Shown: piece after piece, positions 60,969-64,000 of the stretch
How positions within the stretch are numbered: the stretch's first letter is position 1
How the letters are laid out: the number at the start of each line of letters is the position of its first letter
Assembly: GCA_045654485.1 (NCBI GenBank)
Contig: JAZONN010000023.1
Coordinates: forward strand, 103,342-167,341
DNA from: Candidatus Enterousia sp.
Lineage (GTDB): Bacteria; Pseudomonadota; Alphaproteobacteria; Rs-D84
DNA: 64,000 bases
Direction of reading: 5' to 3'
Position numbers and translations under genes: made by a program
Notes under the pieces: generated by a model
The model's input: only the letters and a program-made list of their open reading frames with translations
Told to the model about the DNA's origin: nothing
Database searches by the model: none

Positions 60969-63842
60969 ATGGTTAGTTTTATTAAAATTCGTGGCGCACG
61001 CGAAAATAATCTTAAGAATATTGATTTAGATCTGCCAAAAAATAAATTGGTGGTATTTACAGGCGTGTCTGGTTCTGGAAAGTCGTCGTTGGCATTTAAT
61101 ACCATATATGCCGAAGGTCAACGTAGATATGTAGAATCTTTGTCTAGTTATGCTCGTCAATTTTTAGATATGCAGAAAAAGCCCGATGTAGATTTTATAG
61201 AAGGGTTATCGCCAGCAATTTCAATTGAACAAAAAACTACGTCTAAGAATCCACGCTCTACGGTTGGAACGGTAACGGAAATCTATGATTATTTAAGATT
61301 GTTGTGGGCCCGTATTGGTGTGCCACATTCGCCTGTGACGGGGTTGCCAATTAAATCACAAACAATTGCAGAAATGGTTGATTGGACGATGAAAATACCG
61401 TCGGGAACCAAAATCTTTATTTTGGCGCCATTGGTTCGTGAAAGAAAAGGTGAATATCGTAAAGAATTGGCTTTTTTGGTAAAGCAGGGATATACACGTG
61501 CAATAATTGATGGGGAATTGGTGGATTTATCGGCCACGGTGCCTTTGGATAAAAATAAAAAGCATAATATTTTTGTTGTTGTTGATCGCTTGCAAATGCC
61601 GATTAATGAAGGGGCGGACGTGGATGAGTTTAAATCACGTATGTATTCTTCGTTTGAAGGTGCGTTGCGATTGGTGCCGGGGGCGGTGTTAGTTCGTCGT
61701 TTGGATACGAATGAAGATACATTGTATTCCCAAAGTTATGCCTGTCCGGTTAGTGGCTTTACCGTGCCAAAGATAGAGCCAAGATTGTTTTCCTTTAATG
61801 CGCCCATGGGTGCGTGTCAGAATTGTGATGGATTGGGGGTGCAATTGAATATGTCGCCTGATTTGGTGGTGCCAGACCCATCCAAATCTATTTTGGCCGG
61901 TGCGATTGCGCCTTGGTCACGTGGTGGGATGTTAAGCCAATTTCAGCATTTGTTGGATGCGTTGCATAAAAAGTTCAAGATTCCATTATCAAAACCTTGG
62001 CATACCCTTACGCAGGAACAGAAAGATTTGATATTGTATGGCAGTGGGGATGAGCCGATAAAAATTAATTGGAATGGTATTGTGTATGAAAAACCATACG
62101 AAGGTGTTATCCCAAATATTGAACGTAGATGGCGGGAATCGGATTCTGAGGCAATGCGTACCGAATTATCCAAATACCAAGCGGAAAAACCGTGTCCCAT
62201 TTGTCATGGAAAACGATTAAATATTCATGCGTTGTGTGTTCGCATAAATGGTGCAGATATTATGGATGTATGCGATATGTCCGTTGAAGAATCTTTGAAG
62301 TGGTTTCAGGATTTGCCACAGCATTTGTCGCAAAAGGACAATGATATTGGTCGTATAGTATTACGAGAAATAACCGATCGTTTAACTTTTTTGAAAAATG
62401 TTGGTTTGGGATATTTGACTTTATCCCGTATGGCGGGAACTCTGTCGGGGGGCGAGGCACAACGTATTCGCTTGGCATCCCAGATTGGCAGTGGTCTGTC
62501 CGGTGTTTTATATGTGTTGGACGAACCGTCAATTGGGTTGCACCAAAGCGATAATGATAAGTTATTGGAAACATTAAAAATGTTGCGCGATAAAGATAAT
62601 ACCGTTATCGTGGTTGAACATGATGAAGATGCAATGCGTGCGGCAGATTATTTGGTTGATATTGGTCGTGGTGCGGGCGTAAATGGTGGTAATGTTATTG
62701 CCGCTGGTACCCCAGATGATGTTATAAAATGTGCAGATTCAATAACGGGACAATATTTATCTGGTAAACGTAGTATTCCGGTGCCTGAAAAGCGTCGTGC
62801 AGGTAATGGTATGTGTATTACGGTGGCGGGGGCACGTGGTAATAATTTAAAGAATATAGATGTTGAATTCCCGTTGGGAAAGTTTATCGCATTGACCGGT
62901 GTGTCGGGGTCTGGTAAATCGACTTTATTGTTAAACACATTGTATCCTGCATTGATGCGTGCGCTGTATAATTCCAAATTGGAAACGGGGGCGCATGATA
63001 TTATTCGTGGGATGGAAAATATTGATAAGGTTGTGGATATTGATCAATCGCCAATTGGGCGCACGCCACGTAGTAATCCGGCAACTTACACCGGTGTATT
63101 CGGTGATATTCGTGACTTTTTTGCTGATTTACCTGAATCAAAGGCACGTGGATATACGTCGGGCCGTTTTTCCTTTAACGTCAAGGGTGGTCGATGTGAA
63201 GCATGTCAAGGTGATGGTCAAATCAAGATTGAAATGAATTTCTTGGCCGATGTATATGTGGAATGTGATTGTTGTCATGGCGCACGATATAACGAAGAAA
63301 CATTGGCGGTAAAATACAAAGGAAAATCAATCGCAGATGTTTTGAATATGACGGTGGAAGAAGCATACCGTTTCTTTGTAAATGTTCCAAAAATTGCCCG
63401 TAAGTTAGAATTGTTAAAACGTGTTGGGCTGGATTACATAAAATTAGGACAAAGTTCGTTGGATTTATCGGGTGGCGAGGCCCAGCGTATCAAATTATCC
63501 AAAGAATTGGCGGCACGCAGTACAGGTGAAACAATCTATATTTTGGATGAACCAACAACAGGATTGCATTTTGAAGATATTAAAATGTTGTTGTCGGTTC
63601 TGCATGAATTGGTTGACCAAGGTAACACGGTTATCGTCATTGAACATAATCTTGAGGTAATAAAAACCGCCGACTGGATTATAGATTTGGGACCAACCGG
63701 CGGGGCGGGTGGAGGTCAGCTGATTGCGTGTGGTACGCCGGAACAAGTTGCCGCAACTGACGCGTCGTCTACGGGTAAATATTTGCAAAAGTATCTGGAC
63801 AAACCAGTAAAAAGGTCTAATATAGGAAAGAAAAAGGAGTAG
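60969..63842 (+). CDS. uvrA: excinuclease ABC subunit A
   Basis: ORF from 60942; ATG 60969 gives [20 protein letters not shown]. Two ABC modules ([23 protein letters not shown]). Confidence 0.97.
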   Translation: MVSFIKIRGARENNLKNIDLDLPKNKLVVFTGVSGSGKSSLAFNTIYAEGQRRYVESLSSYARQFLDMQKKPDVDFIEGLSPAISIEQKTTSKNPRSTVGTVTEIYDYLRLLWARIGVPHSPVTGLPIKSQTIAEMVDWTMKIPSGTKIFILAPLVRERKGEYRKELAFLVKQGYTRAIIDGELVDLSATVPLDKNKKHNIFVVVDRLQMPINEGADVDEFKSRMYSSFEGALRLVPGAVLVRRLDTNEDTLYSQSYACPVSGFTVPKIEPRLFSFNAPMGACQNCDGLGVQLNMSPDLVVPDPSKSILAGAIAPWSRGGMLSQFQHLLDALHKKFKIPLSKPWHTLTQEQKDLILYGSGDEPIKINWNGIVYEKPYEGVIPNIERRWRESDSEAMRTELSKYQAEKPCPICHGKRLNIHALCVRINGADIMDVCDMSVEESLKWFQDLPQHLSQKDNDIGRIVLREITDRLTFLKNVGLGYLTLSRMAGTLSGGEAQRIRLASQIGSGLSGVLYVLDEPSIGLHQSDNDKLLETLKMLRDKDNTVIVVEHDEDAMRAADYLVDIGRGAGVNGGNVIAAGTPDDVIKCADSITGQYLSGKRSIPVPEKRRAGNGMCITVAGARGNNLKNIDVEFPLGKFIALTGVSGSGKSTLLLNTLYPALMRALYNSKLETGAHDIIRGMENIDKVVDIDQSPIGRTPRSNPATYTGVFGDIRDFFADLPESKARGYTSGRFSFNVKGGRCEACQGDGQIKIEMNFLADVYVECDCCHGARYNEETLAVKYKGKSIADVLNMTVEEAYRFFVNVPKIARKLELLKRVGLDYIKLGQSSLDLSGGEAQRIKLSKELAARSTGETIYILDEPTTGLHFEDIKMLLSVLHELVDQGNTVIVIEHNLEVIKTADWIIDLGPTGGAGGGQLIACGTPEQVAATDASSTGKYLQKYLDKPVKRSNIGKKKE

Positions 63843-63845
63843 AAA

Positions 63846-64000
63846 ATGTTTGGTTTTGGTAAAAAGAAGAATAAAAACGTAACAGAGGCAGATGTACAGG
63901 CCGCAGCCAAGGATTTAGGTGCGGATAAAATGCCCGCAGGTATGAAAGAAACAGCCCAACGTATGATGTCGGGGCAATTTGATATGAATGATATGTTGGC
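63846..64000 (+). CDS. hypothetical protein, 5' fragment running off the window
   Basis: ATG 63846, six nt after AAGGAG. MFGFGKKKNKNVTEADVQAAAKDLGADKMPAGMKETAQRMMSGQFDMNDML.. Not in the ORF track because there is no stop. Confidence 0.4.
   Translation, partial: MFGFGKKKNKNVTEADVQAAAKDLGADKMPAGMKETAQRMMSGQFDMNDML

Overview
64-kb chromosomal window from a diderm (Gram-negative) bacterium, about 40% GC by eye, using standard stop codons. The housekeeping backbone is polA (partial), pth, rnhB, pgk, a DUF1015 gene, tdk, htpX, prmC, an Smr gene, eno, rho, argS, dusB, rodZ, ftsB and uvrA. There are four tRNAs: Leu-AAG, Arg-ACG, Pro-TGG and Arg-TCT. Interleaved with these is an unusually dense set of lineage-specific exported proteins. 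It includes four paralogous trypsin-like serine proteases (one interrupted by an in-frame TAA) and a tandem family of M23 peptidases and relatives sharing one N-terminal module. It also includes two proteins sharing a novel Cys motif, a eukaryote-like Cys-rich protein, a Gly/Ala-zipper protein and a 1730-aa classical autotransporter. A YadA-type trimeric autotransporter and several beta-barrel OMPs complete the set. An eight-gene co-directional envelope block runs OMP, COG3014-like lipoprotein, YcfL-like, LpoB-like, CsgG-like, then an orphan MotA/MotB-like stator pair with a coiled-coil B subunit. I saw no integrase, transposase, CRISPR array, rRNA or recognisable defence genes. The signals I rate highest are as follows. 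(1) Two paralogous ~220-260-nt promoter-to-terminator leader/ncRNA elements lie upstream of surface-protein genes, with two long-range helices that covary between copies. (2) Modules of about 180 bp carry extra copies of the 3' end plus terminator of both tRNA-Arg genes, and an inverted 3'-end copy sits beside tRNA-Pro. (3) The modular secreted hydrolase families look like an effector arsenal. (4) The stator pair sits next to the CsgG-like/lipoprotein cluster. (5) Two otherwise intact genes carry a single in-frame stop. All functional calls rest on motifs read from the translations; no database search was run.
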